64,000 nt of DNA from the human T2T-CHM13v2.0 reference genome, Homo sapiens: the NCBI RefSeq assembly GCF_009914755.1, contig NC_060941.1; one strand, given 5' to 3'. Below are positions 49,131 through 64,000 of the stretch, in pieces (position 1 is the first letter of the stretch; the number at the start of each line of letters is the position of its first letter). The position numbers and the translations under genes were made by a program. Below the pieces are notes generated by a model that made no database searches, was not told where the DNA came from, and worked only from the letters and a program-made list of their open reading frames with translations.

Positions 49131-50255
49131 CTTTTAGTGAGTTATTTAGCCTCTCTGATTCTCAACATTTCTCACTTATGAAATGGGGATAGAGATAAGT
49201 GTCTCACAAGTTGCTGTGAGGATCCAGTAGGAATAGGTCCTGGAAAGCCCCTGGCAGGTAACTGACCAAAGCGTTCAGTAAACCCTTGTTCCTGCTCACT
49301 GCTTTCAGGGCCAGCACATTTCCTCTACTCCTCTGCCTGCCCTGCACCTCATTCTTCTCAACCTCAGTAGGTCCCTCAAGGTCATGTCTTCAGGGAGCCC
49401 CGGAGCCCCCTTCAGCCCAGCCCCTGATGAATGCCCACGCCTCAAACTCTTTAGCTTCTCATTTCCAGTTTGTGGAATGTACTATGGTAACTGTTTTCTG
49501 TTTGTTTAAATCTTTCATGCGTCTGTCCTGTTTCTTTAACTAGATCCCAAACACCTTTGGCAAGAGGCTTCCCATCTCACAGCTTCTCGTATTCCTCCTA
49601 GTACCTGGCTCAGTGCCCTACGTAGAGATATTCAACTTAGATGCATCTAATGTGTGTGAGTGCCAACGGGATGCCAGGCACTGTGCTTGGCCTCCATGTT
49701 AATTATCACCTAACTTCATTTTTTATGATAATCCTGCCAGGTAAGTATTGCTATGCCTGTTGTGAAAACGGAGCTTCAGCGATTTAGTCATTTGCTTAAG
49801 GGCACCCAGTTAACAAACAGTAGCCTTTTAACTCTCTGGTTTATAGCCTGGTACATAGTAGATACTCAATAAATACTTGTTAGTGCTCTTTCCATTATAC
49901 CATGTTGCCTTTTTGGGGGAATAGTTATTCATAGGGCAGATGAATAATTTTCATCGTGTTCTCAATTCTTACCCACCTCTGCACCCCCCACAAGAGCTTA
50001 GCTGAAAATCTCCTATCCTTGATTCTGTACCCTAAAGTTCTTCCAGGGTCCTGCAACCCTAATTCTCATTTCCTGTTATTCTAATTCAGTTTCCTATTAG
50101 TGCCACATCTGTTTGCTAAGTTCTCATAGAGCCTGAAGCAGGATACCCATCTGTCTCCCCACAAACCCCGTCCTCTCTTTCTTCCAAAGCTTCTCTTCCT
50201 CATGGTCCCCCTTCCTCTGTTCTCCATCTATCCCTGCTTTAATTCAAGTTGTTAA

Positions 50256-50563
<308 letters not shown>

Positions 50564-50659
50564 TTAAGAAATAACACCCCTACCTGGGAATGCCCTCTAA
50601 ACTACAGCACTTAAGTCTAGGAGGTGCCTAGAGTTCTTTGGGGTGGGCGTTTGGGCAAG

Positions 50660-51290
50660 TTATGTCCCCTCTCCTGGCCTGAATTTCCTCACATGTAAAA
50701 TGGTACTGCTTGTTAACACCTATCAAGTCCCTATGTAAGGTACGTAAGGTACATTAGCATTGCATGTATGATGAAAAGTCAGTCATAGCAGATGCTTACA
50801 CAGCATCTACTGTGTGCCACACACGATGCCAAGTGCTTTATATATATTTATTCACTTAATCCTCACAACAACCCTATGAAAATGTTATTATTAACCCTAT
50901 TTCACAGGTGAAAAACAGAGGTCTCCAAATTAAGTAATTCACCCTGGATCACCCCTGACGGCAGTGAAGCTGGGTTTCAAATTCTGGCAGTTCTGGGCTC
51001 CAGAGTCCCTGTCTTAACCACTGCCCTATACTTCCTCTTATTACCTCATAAAATGAGGGGGGCTAGTTAAAAATAATCCCCTAGCATTTTTATAGCACTT
51101 TTCTAATTCTAAAGCACTGTTCACATTCTGTGCCCTATTTGATCTTCACAACAACCCTAAGGGAAGGCATTATTAGCCCAATTTATGGGGCAAGAACTGA
51201 GACTTATTAGAAGGGTCATGTGTCCAAGGGCTCACAGCTGACAAAGACAGATTCAGTACTCAAATCCAGGACCATCCGTTCCCACTGCCC
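50660..51290. mobile_element. MIR fragments
   Basis: TTAATCCTCACAACAACCCTATGAA; TTTGATCTTCACAACAACCCTAAG; GGGCAAGTTA...TTTCCTCACATGTAAAATGG. Confidence 0.7.
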
Positions 51291-51507
51291 CTTCTGCTAT
51301 GCCTGGGATCTCAGACGCCAAACAATACTTTCTGTCCTTTCATTTTTCTTTTCCTTTTTTGAGACAGTGTCTCACTCAGTCGCTCAGGCTGGAGTGCAGT
51401 GTCGATCATAGCTAACTGCAGCCTCGAACTCCTGGGCTCAAGCAGTCCTTCTGCCTCTATCCTCCAAAGCGCTGGGACTACAGGTGCACACCAGGGCACC
51501 CAGCTCA

Positions 51508-51904
<397 letters not shown>

Positions 51905-51980
51905 TCCCCCACCCTGTCACCTCCCCCCGAGCCCTGCACAGCGCATGCTCACAAACAGCAGCAGGGGGTGCTGTAGATGA

Positions 51981-52373
<393 letters not shown>

Positions 52374-52999
52374 TAAAATTTAAAAGGTACAAATGAATAT
52401 GCAATGTACCTGCCTCCCAGCTGTGCAGTTCCCCTTCCTGGAGCAAGCTGAGGAAGTTTTGTAGTGTTTCATTCTAGAGACAGTTTATGCTTATATAAGC
52501 AAGTATATATTGTTTTCCACGTCAATGTTAGCATACAAACATGCACATATTATTTTTTATGCCTCACACAAATGATATCGTACTATACACACTATTCTTC
52601 CCCTAGCTTTTTCAAAGTAATTTATCTTGCAGATTAATCCATATCATAATTCATAATATTTAATTGAATAGGTTAACTATAATCAATTTTACCAGCCCTC
52701 TATTTTCTAATCCTGTACAGTTACAAGCAAAGCTGCAATAAATACATTTCTCCCTAAATCGCTTTGCACGTGTGCATTTCTGCAGGATAGATCCCCAGAA
52801 GTGAACCTGCTTACCTGAAATGGCATGCATTTGTAATGTTGATCAATACTGCTAAATCACCTTGCACAGAAGCTACCCATTTACAGCTGCAATCGGGGGG
52901 CACACAAGTCTGTTTCCTACACCCTCACCAACTCAGAATTTTATCAAGCTTTCTGATCTTTGCCTATCCTATAGGTAAAAGATGGTTTCTCACTGCAGT

Positions 53000-53312
53000 T
53001 GTTTTTTGTTTGTTTGTTTGTTTGTTTTCTGAGACAGAGTCTTGCTCTGTCGCCCAGGCTGGAGTGCAGTGGCGCGATGTTGGCTCACTGCAAGCTCCGC
53101 CTCCCGGGTTCATGCCATTCTCCTGCCTTAGCCTCCTGGTAGCTGGGACTACAGGCACCCACCACCACGCCTGGCTAATTTTTTTGGTATTTTTAGTAGA
53201 GACGGGGTTTCACAGTGTTAGCCAGGATGGTCTCGATCTCCTGACCTCATGATCCGCCCGCCTCAGCCTCCCAAAGTGCTGGGATTACAGGCGTGAGCCA
53301 CTGCACCCAGCC
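53000..53312 (-). mobile_element. AluY-like inside old L1 fragments (~52350-53350)
   Basis: TSD CTCACTGCAG. Confidence 0.9.
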
Positions 53313-53711
53313 CTCACTGCAGATTTGATTGCATTTCTCTTATAATAAGTGCTTCCTGATTTCTGAGATTCATTAATACAATGCATAAATAATTAGCAGG
53401 TACCTCCAGGCACTGTGTTGGGGTAAACTCCTCCATCTGTCCCTGGTCCAACTCACTGTGTCATTTCCTGCCTGCCCTGTACTGTCTTGCCTTGTTGCAT
53501 CCGTTAGGAAGCCATTTTCATGGCTTGGCCATCCTCAGCAAGTCAAGGAGGGGTGACCTCACTTGACCTCTTGTAGAGGGTTAGGAGTGAGGAGAATGTG
53601 TTTTTTTTTGTTTTTTGTTTTTGTCTGTTTGTTCTTGTTTTTACCTTTTCTTTGTTTCTCAATAATAATTTCTGCAACCCAATTAAGCAAAGCTGAGGGA
53701 TGGGGCACAGG

Positions 53712-53890
53712 TTTTTTTTGTTTGTTTGTTTGTTTGTTTTTCTAGAGACAGGGTCTCACTCTCTCACCTAGGTTGGAATGCAGTGCCACAATCATAGCTC
53801 ATGCAACCTCGACCTCCTGGGCTCAAGCCATCCTCCTACCTTGGCCTCCCAAGGTGTTGGGATTATGGGTGTGAGCCACTGCACCTGGCC
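53712..53890 (-). mobile_element. Alu (monomer-like)
   Basis: Short antisense Alu with (TTTG)n tail. Confidence 0.8.
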
Positions 53891-54837
53891 CAGGCACATT
53901 TGTCTTGTGGTCAGAGTTACCCCTGAGTCCAAGGGCTTCCCAGAGTCACTCAGTCCAGTGGGCCACTCAGTGCTTCGGTCTTCTCATCCTAACCCCTCTG
54001 TGGTGTCAGGATGGTGGACAAAGAGCAGGTAGCTGGACACTTGGCTGTGTTCAGCGGATGTTGTTTGCTTCATGACTGGCAGGTTGAAACTTCCTCAGAT
54101 TAGGTGCCAGCTAAACATAAAATGTGTTTGCTAGCAGCGCTTTTAGATTAAAGTAAGACCAAGAAAAAGCTAGGGTTCCTGTTCCCTTCTGTGTGGGAAA
54201 CCTTTGCAGGTTTCTTTGCAGTGCAGAGCACTTCACCTTGACAGGAGGGAGTCCTGGCCCACCAGGCAGAGTAATTGCTTGCTCACCTGCCTGCTTCATA
54301 AACCTGTGATCAACCTGAGGCTCACACCTTATTGAGGCCTCCTCAGAATAAGGGCAGAATCAACACCTGGGAACTTTGAATGACTCTCTTCCCGGTTCCA
54401 GTTCCCAAGAACGGCAACCTGAAGGAGCCCACATCTTTCTTTGGCAGCTTAACTAATGTAATGAGACCTGCAGTTCATCCACAGCCTGAAATTTTCCTCC
54501 TAAAGTGCGCTTTTAATCCAGTCACTTGTAGAGGTTCCCCGTGGCCTACTAAATGAAGTGCAAATTCCTTAGCTTGGAATTTAAGGGCCTCCGTGATATG
54601 GCTCTGGTCTACATTCCCAGTCCCTTTTTCCACTACCTCACGCTCCAGACTGACTCAGTGTTTCCCCGTGTGCCCACGTTCCCACCCTGCGCCTTCGCCC
54701 CAGTCGTCCTTTCTCTGCCCAGAACATGTACCCCTGCTCCTCTGCCATGGCGGATGCCCTCCTCTCTCTCTCTTTTCCCAGCCATGCTTTGTTTAGAAAG
54801 TAAGAATAATGAGGTTTTTCTTTTTAAGAAAAATATA

Positions 54838-55127
54838 GGCCGGGCATGGTGGCTCACGCCTATAATCCCAGCACTGTGGGAGGCTGAGGCAGATGGATCA
54901 CTTTGAGGTCAGGAGTTCAAGACCAGCCTGGCCAACATGGTGAAACCCTGTCTCTACTAAAAATACAAAAATTAGCCGGGCATGGTGGTGGAAGCCTATA
55001 ATCCCAGCTACTCAGGAGGCTGAGGCAGGAGAATCGCTTGAACCCAGGAGGCGGAGGTTATAGTCAGCCGAGATTTCCCCACTGCACTTCAGCCTGGGAG
55101 ACAGAGCAAGACTCTGTCTAAAAAATA

Positions 55128-55160
<33 letters not shown>
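54838..55160 (+). mobile_element. Alu with (TA)n tail
   Basis: Full-length Alu; (TA)n at 55133-55160. Confidence 0.9.
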
Positions 55161-55163
<3 letters not shown>

Positions 55164-56154
55164 TTCCCATATCCTTCAGGGTCTTTCTCAAAGGTAACTG
55201 GCCCACAGCTGCCTGCTCATCCCACGTCTCAGGGGATGATCTTTCCTGGCCTGGCTCCCACTCAGGCTTCGTTTCTCCACCTCTCATGTCTCAAGTCCCC
55301 TCTATCTTGCATCCTCGTTCCTGCCCCACCCCAGTGAGCGCTGGAGAGCCAAACAGGTGTCTGTCATCTATGCACTGTCTACCGCTGATCAGTATCAGCC
55401 AATCGTCTGATCTGAGTCACTCTGAAATTGGAGACTCCTCCCCTGCTGCCACCTCCTCTTTCCGCTTTGAGTATGAGAAATGGGAAGAGTTTGGAACCTG
55501 TCACTGCAACCGCTGCTGCCACCCCTTCAAGTCCTTCCCTATGAGGGCTCTCCTTTTAACTCACAGCCTCCCCTCTAAAGTCAGGAGATGAGGTCAGCCC
55601 TGAACCCCACCCTATGTCCCATCCCCCAGCCGACACAAACACCACAGAGATCAATGGGGACCTGTGTTCTAGGCTTGGGATGAAACTGTCCCGTTTGCTC
55701 TTTTCCTGAGGTAGGTACCATGGTTACGTGTCTGGCCGGAACATTTGTTCACTTTGAGTTCTTGGAATGAATGCGCCAGAAAAGGGAGAAATCAAAAGCC
55801 ATCTCTTCTGTGGCCCTGGTCTCTTGCGTGTGCAGATAGGCATGGTCACCTCTCTGCTAATGACCTGTGTGGTATTAGGTGGTGATGTATGCACTGGCGA
55901 GGCTGGAGGAAGACAACCTGGCCCTTCTCCAGGGCTTGCTTCTGGCACCTTCTGCAGAGCAAAGAGTGGGACCTTGGAGTTAGAATACCTGAGTCCTAGT
56001 TCTGACTCCACCATTCGTTCCATAGCAGATGCCCTTGACCAAGGTCCTTAATCCCCCTCAGCCTAAAAATAGAAAATAGTTATATTTTCTTTACCTTCTA
56101 CATGGGCTTTTCTGAGCATCAAAAGAGAAAATGTATGTGAGAGTGTTGTGCAAA

Positions 56155-57152
<998 letters not shown>

Positions 57153-57796
57153 CTGATTCTTAACTCCCTAAGAGTTCTGGGCTTAAAAGTTGCCCCATAT
57201 TTCCAGCATTTTGCACCTCTGACCCATCACTTTAGCTGGGTTCCCCATGAGATTGCCTATGCTGAAAAAAATAACTGGATCTGGGGCCGGTGGGGAGTGC
57301 ACAGAAAGGCACCAGTGTGACCTCCACATTTGTGAGATTGAGGACACCCAATGAGAATCCAGGCTGAGAGAGGCCATGGGCATGACCAGCCAGGGAGCTG
57401 CAGCACTTGACAGATAACATTGTTAGACTGTGACTCACTCTCTGCAGTCTGGAAAGCTCAACCTCTCTGCTTGGCCTTCCCAGGAGGGCCACTCAGATCA
57501 TGCAACCCTCTGAGCTCCAGGTTGGGCAGGCAGAGCGGGGGCCTCTTAATTCCAGAGCTGGACTGTTTCCTCCCCTTCACCCCACATGGAAAATCCCACA
57601 TGTTAAAAGGTTATGTGTTGGGAGCCTGCAGGGAGAAAAAAACTTGCCCCGTTTGTGCTTTCCAAGAGAGAAGCAGGAGCCATCGGAGCTCCTGACCCTG
57701 TCCAGGACCCTGTCCTCTGCTGACCCACGGTGGGGACCCAAACCCAAGCTCTGGGGTTATTTTCTTCCTTTGCTGAAGGCTGTTCCTCGACCTTGA

Positions 57797-58487
<691 letters not shown>

Positions 58488-58989
58488 CATTCTCCTGTTT
58501 CCCATCAACCATATCAGCCCATCAAATCTTTCACAATACAAGAAGGGTGGGTGGGGAGGGGGAAGAGTTTTCCTTTTCCGTCTTACTCCTTTTTCTTCTT
58601 TGGATTCCCTATATTTTGGGTGTCGGTAGAAGTCTGAAATGCAAATAAGAATGTCCCACTCTGAAGGCACAGGGAGGGGCTGCTGAATTATTACCCTCTA
58701 AATTCTAGCACGTTAGACAGTTCTGGTCTCCTTGCATTCTTGGAGGATGCAAGGACCTGACTGTAATGTGCGGGGGAGACAGTTTGGTCTCTGGGAACCC
58801 CCAGTCTGGTGGAGGAACTTAGACTAAAGCAATGGAAGACTGACAGAGCAATATGGTCACAATTGCAAATCCTTCAAAATGCCGGTGCTACAGAGAATAA
58901 TCAGCATTGTGGCATGACTGTCCAGAAGCAAGTTTTGAACCATTCTGAATAACGGAAGTCCCAGGATCCTTTATTTAAAAAAAAAAAAG

Positions 58990-59108
58990 TGTAGAGACAG
59001 GGTCTTGTTATGTTGTCCAGGCTGGCCTTGAACTGCTGGTCTCAAGCAATTCTTCTGCCTTAGCCTCTCAAGGTGCTGGGATTACAGGCATGAGCCCCTG
59101 CACCTGGC
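58990..59108 (-). mobile_element. Alu monomer
   Basis: Left-arm-only Alu. Confidence 0.8.
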
Positions 59109-59984
59109 CACTCACCCAGGTTTCTTGAAGCAGTATTTTCTCTTCTTTGGGATTAGCCAAGGGCATCTGGAGAAGCAATGAGAACTACCTCCTTTGAGGG
59201 GAGAGCGGCCACTTGCACACAGGCTGGGACACCATCTCATAGCTAATAATGACGTTGGTGTGGTCATTTTTCCCAGCTACACAAGCACAAGTCACTTACC
59301 ACTCACAACCACCCTGTAGGGCGGGTGGCTATGATCACCCCCATTTTCTAAGTGAGGTTCTAAGAAATGAAATCACTGGCAGCTGGCTCACTGATTTGGG
59401 GCCAAGCCCAGGTCTTCTGAACGTAAGTCTAGTGGTTATTCTGCTATGCTGCTTGGTCACTTATGAGGCTGGTGTCTAGAGTCATTACTGAGTCTCCAAG
59501 TCCCCACTGTCTGCCCCATCCTTGACCCACACAAGTGCCCTGTTCAGTGTTCTGAGGGAAGGCGGAAAGACTCATGCTCAGGACTCAGGCTTCCCAGGCT
59601 CCTCATGCTGTTCCTAGGCTTGGTTTGACACCTCTCTTCCCCTATCCTGCCTACCCCTCCCACCCACACCCTCCTAGCCCCAGCTGACTTAGAGGCAGGG
59701 AGAGGGAGGCAAGGCCAGAAGGCTTTTGTTTTTCTACGATGGAGAGATGACTGAAATCCCGCCATCTCCCGCAGAAGACAGAGGCAGCTCTGGATTTCCT
59801 GTTGCTCTCAACACGGGCCAGATAATTGGAGACAGATTTTGGACTTGGGTTGGGAGGTGAAGTTTGAAATACAGTCGTCAGGCCTCCTGTAAGTTCGTGT
59901 GTGTGAGTGCACACTGCTTGGTTGGGGTTTTTTATTACCTATATGTGTATCTGTGTGTGTGTGCAGATACTTGTATTGGAAATA

Positions 59985-61146
59985 GTGTATTGTGTCTAGT
60001 GTGTGCATGTGTGTTTGTGTGTATTGTATCTAGTGTGTTCATGTGTGTATTGTGTCTAGTGTGTGCATGTGCGTTTGTATGTATTGTGTCTAGTGTGTTC
60101 ATGTGTGTTTGTGTATTGTGTCTAGTGTGTGCATGTGTGTGTATTGTGTCTAGTGTGTGCATGTGTGTTTGTATGTATTGTGTCTAGTGTGTTCATGTGT
60201 GTTTGTGTATTGTGTCTAGTGTGTGCATGTGTTTGTATATGTTGTGTCTAGTGTGTTCATGTGTGTTTGTGTATTGTCTAGTGTGTGCATGTGTGTGTGT
60301 ACTGTGTCTAGTGTGTTCATGTGTGTTTGTGTATTGTCTAGTGTGTGCATGTGTGTTTGTGTATACCGTGTCTAGTGTGTGCATGTGTGTATGTATTATG
60401 TCTAGTGTGTGCATGTGTGTTTGTATTATGTCTAGTGTGTGCATGTGTGTTTGTATGTATTATGTCTAGTGTGTGCATGTGTGTTTGTATGGTGTCTAGT
60501 GTGTGCATGTGTGTTTGTATGTATTGTGTCTAGTGTGTTCATGTGTGTTTGTATTGTGTCTAGTGTGCATGTGTGTTTGTGTGTATTGTGTCTAGTGTGT
60601 TCATGTGTGTTTGTGTATTGTGTCTAGTGTGTGCATGTGTTTGTGTGTATTGTGTCTAGTGTGTTCACGTGTGTTTGTATTGTCTAGTGTGTGTGTATTG
60701 TGTCTAGTGTGTTCATGTGTGTTTGTGTATTGTCTAGTGTGTGCATGTGTGTGTATTGTGTCTAGTGTGCATGTGTGTGTATTGTGTCTAGTGTGTTCAT
60801 GTGTGTTTGTATGTATTGTGTCTAGTGTGTGCATGTGTTTGTGTATTGTGTCTAGTGTGTGCATGTGTGTTTGTGTGTATTGTGTCTAGTGTGTGCATGT
60901 GTTTGTGTGTATTGTGTCTAGTGTGTTCACATGTGTTTGTATTGTGTCTAGTGTGTGTATTGTGTCTAGTGTTCATGTGTGTTTGTATTGTGTCTAGTGT
61001 GTTCATGTGTGTTTGTGTATTGTGTCTAGTGTGTGCATGTGTGTTTGTGTGTATCGTGTCTACTGTGTGCATGTGTGTTTGTGTGTATTGTGTCTAGTGT
61101 GTTCATGTGTGTTTGTGTATTGTGTCTAGTGTGTGCATGTGTGTTT
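59985..61146. repeat. TG-rich minisatellite, ~38 units of ~30 bp, consensus TATTGTGTCTAGTGTGT(G/T)CATGTGTGTTTGTG
   Basis: TCTAG core recurs about every 30 bp (manual count ~38); unit length varies with TG copy number. Confidence 0.97.
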
Positions 61147-61967
61147 GGTACCTGTGCTCCTTGTACATCTTTAGTGTTTAAGACTCCGCGTGTATGTGTA
61201 TGTGTGAGAAAGTATGTAAGTGTGTGTCTGGGGCTCTGTGAGTGGCTCCCTTGTTTTGTTTAATTTTTTTTCCTTTGTGAGATTCAGTCTGGCTTGGAGA
61301 GTCCCCACCAGTCCTTTCAGGATCTTATTACTCACGACTTGGTGATTAAATGTAATACAATAATTAAGATTTTTTTTTAAAAAGGAAGGAAGGCAGATGG
61401 CCTTCGGGGAGATAACATGAGGGGTAGAAAGCAGCCAGAGTGCCTTGAGAGCAGACAGCCAAGGGTGAAGGGGACCTGCAGGGCAGAGGGGCTCTTTTAG
61501 GAGGTACAGACAAGGCCCCAGTTTCCCCCCATCTCTCTGATGGAAAAAGGCAACACGCGCTTCCACAGCGGTTTAGCTGCCTCTACCCCTGAAGGTTGGG
61601 CAGGGGAGGGGCTCCTATTGCCTTCCTGCCTGAATCTCTACCCTGGAAGAAGAATCAAGCCCCTTTCTTCTAAAGGCCTACGTGCACATTCACTAATGCG
61701 AATTTTGCTATAAATGACATGCAGACCAGTTAGGAAGTAGTCTTCTCATAACAACAACCACAGCTAGCCATGGTGTACCTGCAGCACATCAGACTCCAGC
61801 TGGGTACTTTACATGTGTTTTTGTATCTGTGTGTGTGTGTGTAAAATCACTTATAAGCTTGTTATTACCTTTTTGCAGAGGAAACTGAGGCTTATGATAG
61901 ATGAGTAAGGACTTTAACCCTTCATGGTGATAGTTCATTTGTTCATCCAACAAATGTGTATTGAATA

Positions 61968-62273
61968 CTTTTTTTTTTTTTTTTTTTGAGACAGGGTCTG
62001 GCTCTGTTACCCAGGCTGGAGTACAATGATATGATCTTGACTCACTGCAGCCTCCACCTCCCAGGCTCAAACAATTCTCCTACCTCAGCCTCCTGAATAG
62101 CTGACACTACATGCGTGCGCCGCTACGCCCGGCTAATTTTTTTTTTTTTTTTTTTTTGTAGAGACGAGGTTTTGCCATGTTGCCCAGGCTGGTCTCGAAC
62201 TCCTGAGCTCAAGCAATGGACTGCCTTGGCCTCCCAAAGTGCTGGGATTACAGGTGTGAGCCACTGTGCCTGG
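61968..62273 (-). mobile_element. Alu inside an L2 3' end
   Basis: TSD TGTATTGAATAC. Confidence 0.9.
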
Positions 62274-62409
62274 CCCCCATGTATTGAATACCTATCTGCT
62301 CAGGCACTACGCTAGATATGAGGGACACAGAGGTGAACGAGACATAGTCCCTGCCCTCACAGAATCCACTCTCTAGGGAGGGAATCGATGCTTCAAACAT
62401 TGAAGTTCT

Positions 62410-62720
62410 CCAGCCTGGACAACATAGCGAGACCAAATCTCTAAAAAAAAATTAAAAATTAGCAGGACATGATGGTGTACACCTGCAGTCCCAGCTACTC
62501 GGGAGGCTGAGGTGGGAGGATCATTTGAGCCTGGGAGGTTGAGGCTGCAGTGAGCCATGATCGCACTACTCCAGCCTGGGCGATAGGGTGAGAGAGCAAA
62601 AGAGAGAGAGAGGAAAAAAGACAGAGGACACAGGGAGGTAGGGAGGGAAGAAGGAAGGAAGGAGGGACGGAAGGAAAGAAGGAAGGAAAGGAAGGAAGGA
62701 AAAAAGGAAGGAAGGAAAGA
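62410..62720 (+). mobile_element. 5'-truncated AluJ with GA/GGAA-rich tail
   Basis: TSD TTGAAGTTCT (62400-62409, 62723-62732). Confidence 0.85.
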
Positions 62721-64000
62721 GGTTGAAGTTCTTCTCACTCTTTAGTTGGGGCAGACCATTCCCAGTGCCAGTGCAGCGGTGGCTGTTATGGGGCTGAGGA
62801 CTTTTTGGACTGGGGCAAGATTTACTCCCCAGATTAGCTGTTCCTCATAAAGAAATTTCCAGTGAGGACTGGATAGGGAGGAGAAGGCATGGCAGACATG
62901 GAGGGGGATAGATTTGTGTTCTGGGGGCTTGAGAGTGGAGGGGAGGAGAGGACACAGCAGTGGCCTGCTTGCCCACTCATCTGCTTCGTAGCCTGGCATT
63001 GGCTGGGAGACACGGTGTCCTCAGATGGTCCAGCCCCCCTGGCAGGAGGAAGAATCACGACGGAGTTACCCATGCCCTTGCCTCTCCAGATGGGTCTCTG
63101 AGAGCCCAGGGTGGTGGGTTGGGGAGGGTAGGGTGGGGGTAGCGACCCTCCCTGCTTCTGGCGATCTGACTCAGTTCCCCAGGGCAGCTGCTACAGCACC
63201 ACTGCAGCCTTCCTGGCCTAAATCGCTTCCAGCTTGTTTAGTCGAAATCCTTGGCCCCAACATCAAAGCCCCTTTGGAGTTTCTGGGGATTGCTGTTCTT
63301 ATATGGTGTTTATTTCAGAGATGGTTCTGTTGTCACTGGCTGCATGGGGTGGGGCAGGAGGGGCTTTGGAGGCCCTTGGGTTTCAGAGACACCAGGTTAG
63401 GCGGGTAGAGGGACAATTTCCATGACAACTGCCCCCAGGATACTATCTCCCCCATGCCTGCCTCTACCTGGGGCATAGGTGCACAGAAAGGGAGGCTGCC
63501 TTCTTCCCTGCCCAAGGCCCCAGAGAGGAGCTTCTATTCCCTTCAATTGTATGCCAGACATTTTAGTCTGGGCTCCCAGGGGTCAAGGCCATGCCACCCC
63601 CTGCCCTCCCATCCCAGCCCTCATCTTAGAACCTATGAGCTCACTCCAAGCAAACAGCTCTCCATCTCCAGCATCAGCTTAGCCCTCTATGCCTGGGCCA
63701 GGTCCCAGCTCCTTCACCTGCATGCCCCTCCTTCAGAAGGGCCTTTTCTTCCTCTTCTTTCACTCTGATTAGCTGGATGCCTACTTGGGCTATTGGAATT
63801 TCCATTTGGCTCTGGAATCTGCACCTTTTTGCCTCTGAGTTTGCAGGTTCCAGCAGGTCCCTTCCTTCCTGCAACTTGTTCCTCAGTGCCTAGCACAGGG
63901 GAACACACAGAGAAGAGGGGATGCTCTGTTCAAGTTGAGGCAGATGGGGCTGACAGTGAGGAGGTGCGGCTCATGGTTTGGGTGGAGGTAGAGCTCCTAG

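Noticed and set aside
59985-61146. CRISPR-like array, or Cys/Val- and His/Thr-rich protein ORFs
   Set aside because: There are no unique spacers and no cas genes, and the context is primate. The ORFs are translations of a TG-rich minisatellite.

Overview
This is human (primate) genomic DNA around FZD2 (Frizzled-2; chr17q21 from recall, not checked). The only supportable protein-coding gene is the intronless FZD2 CDS (27595-29292, +, 565 aa). It lies in a CpG island with a CCAAT/GC-box promoter and has candidate proximal and distal poly(A) signals. The rest is repeat-dense intergenic DNA: about 60 Alu copies or fragments, MIR/L2/L1 remnants, two ERV9-family solo LTRs (LTR12), a deleted HUERS-P3-like provirus with a gag remnant, MLT1/MLT2/MER LTRs, and a 1.15 kb TG-rich minisatellite. 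I see no CRISPR array, RNA gene or new multi-gene system. The most interesting observations are structural or regulatory: (1) one L1-endonuclease target site reused repeatedly (46.0-47.6 kb); (2) a local duplication of an Alu plus its unique flank, with diverged microsatellite tails (50.3/52.0 kb); (3) an inverted TCF/LEF site pair upstream of a Wnt receptor gene (17.9 kb); (4) an LTR12 with a duplicated initiator region and a G19 run; (5) a motif-dense minisatellite. Repeat subfamily names come from recalled consensus sequences, and repeat boundaries are approximate unless a target-site duplication (TSD) is cited.
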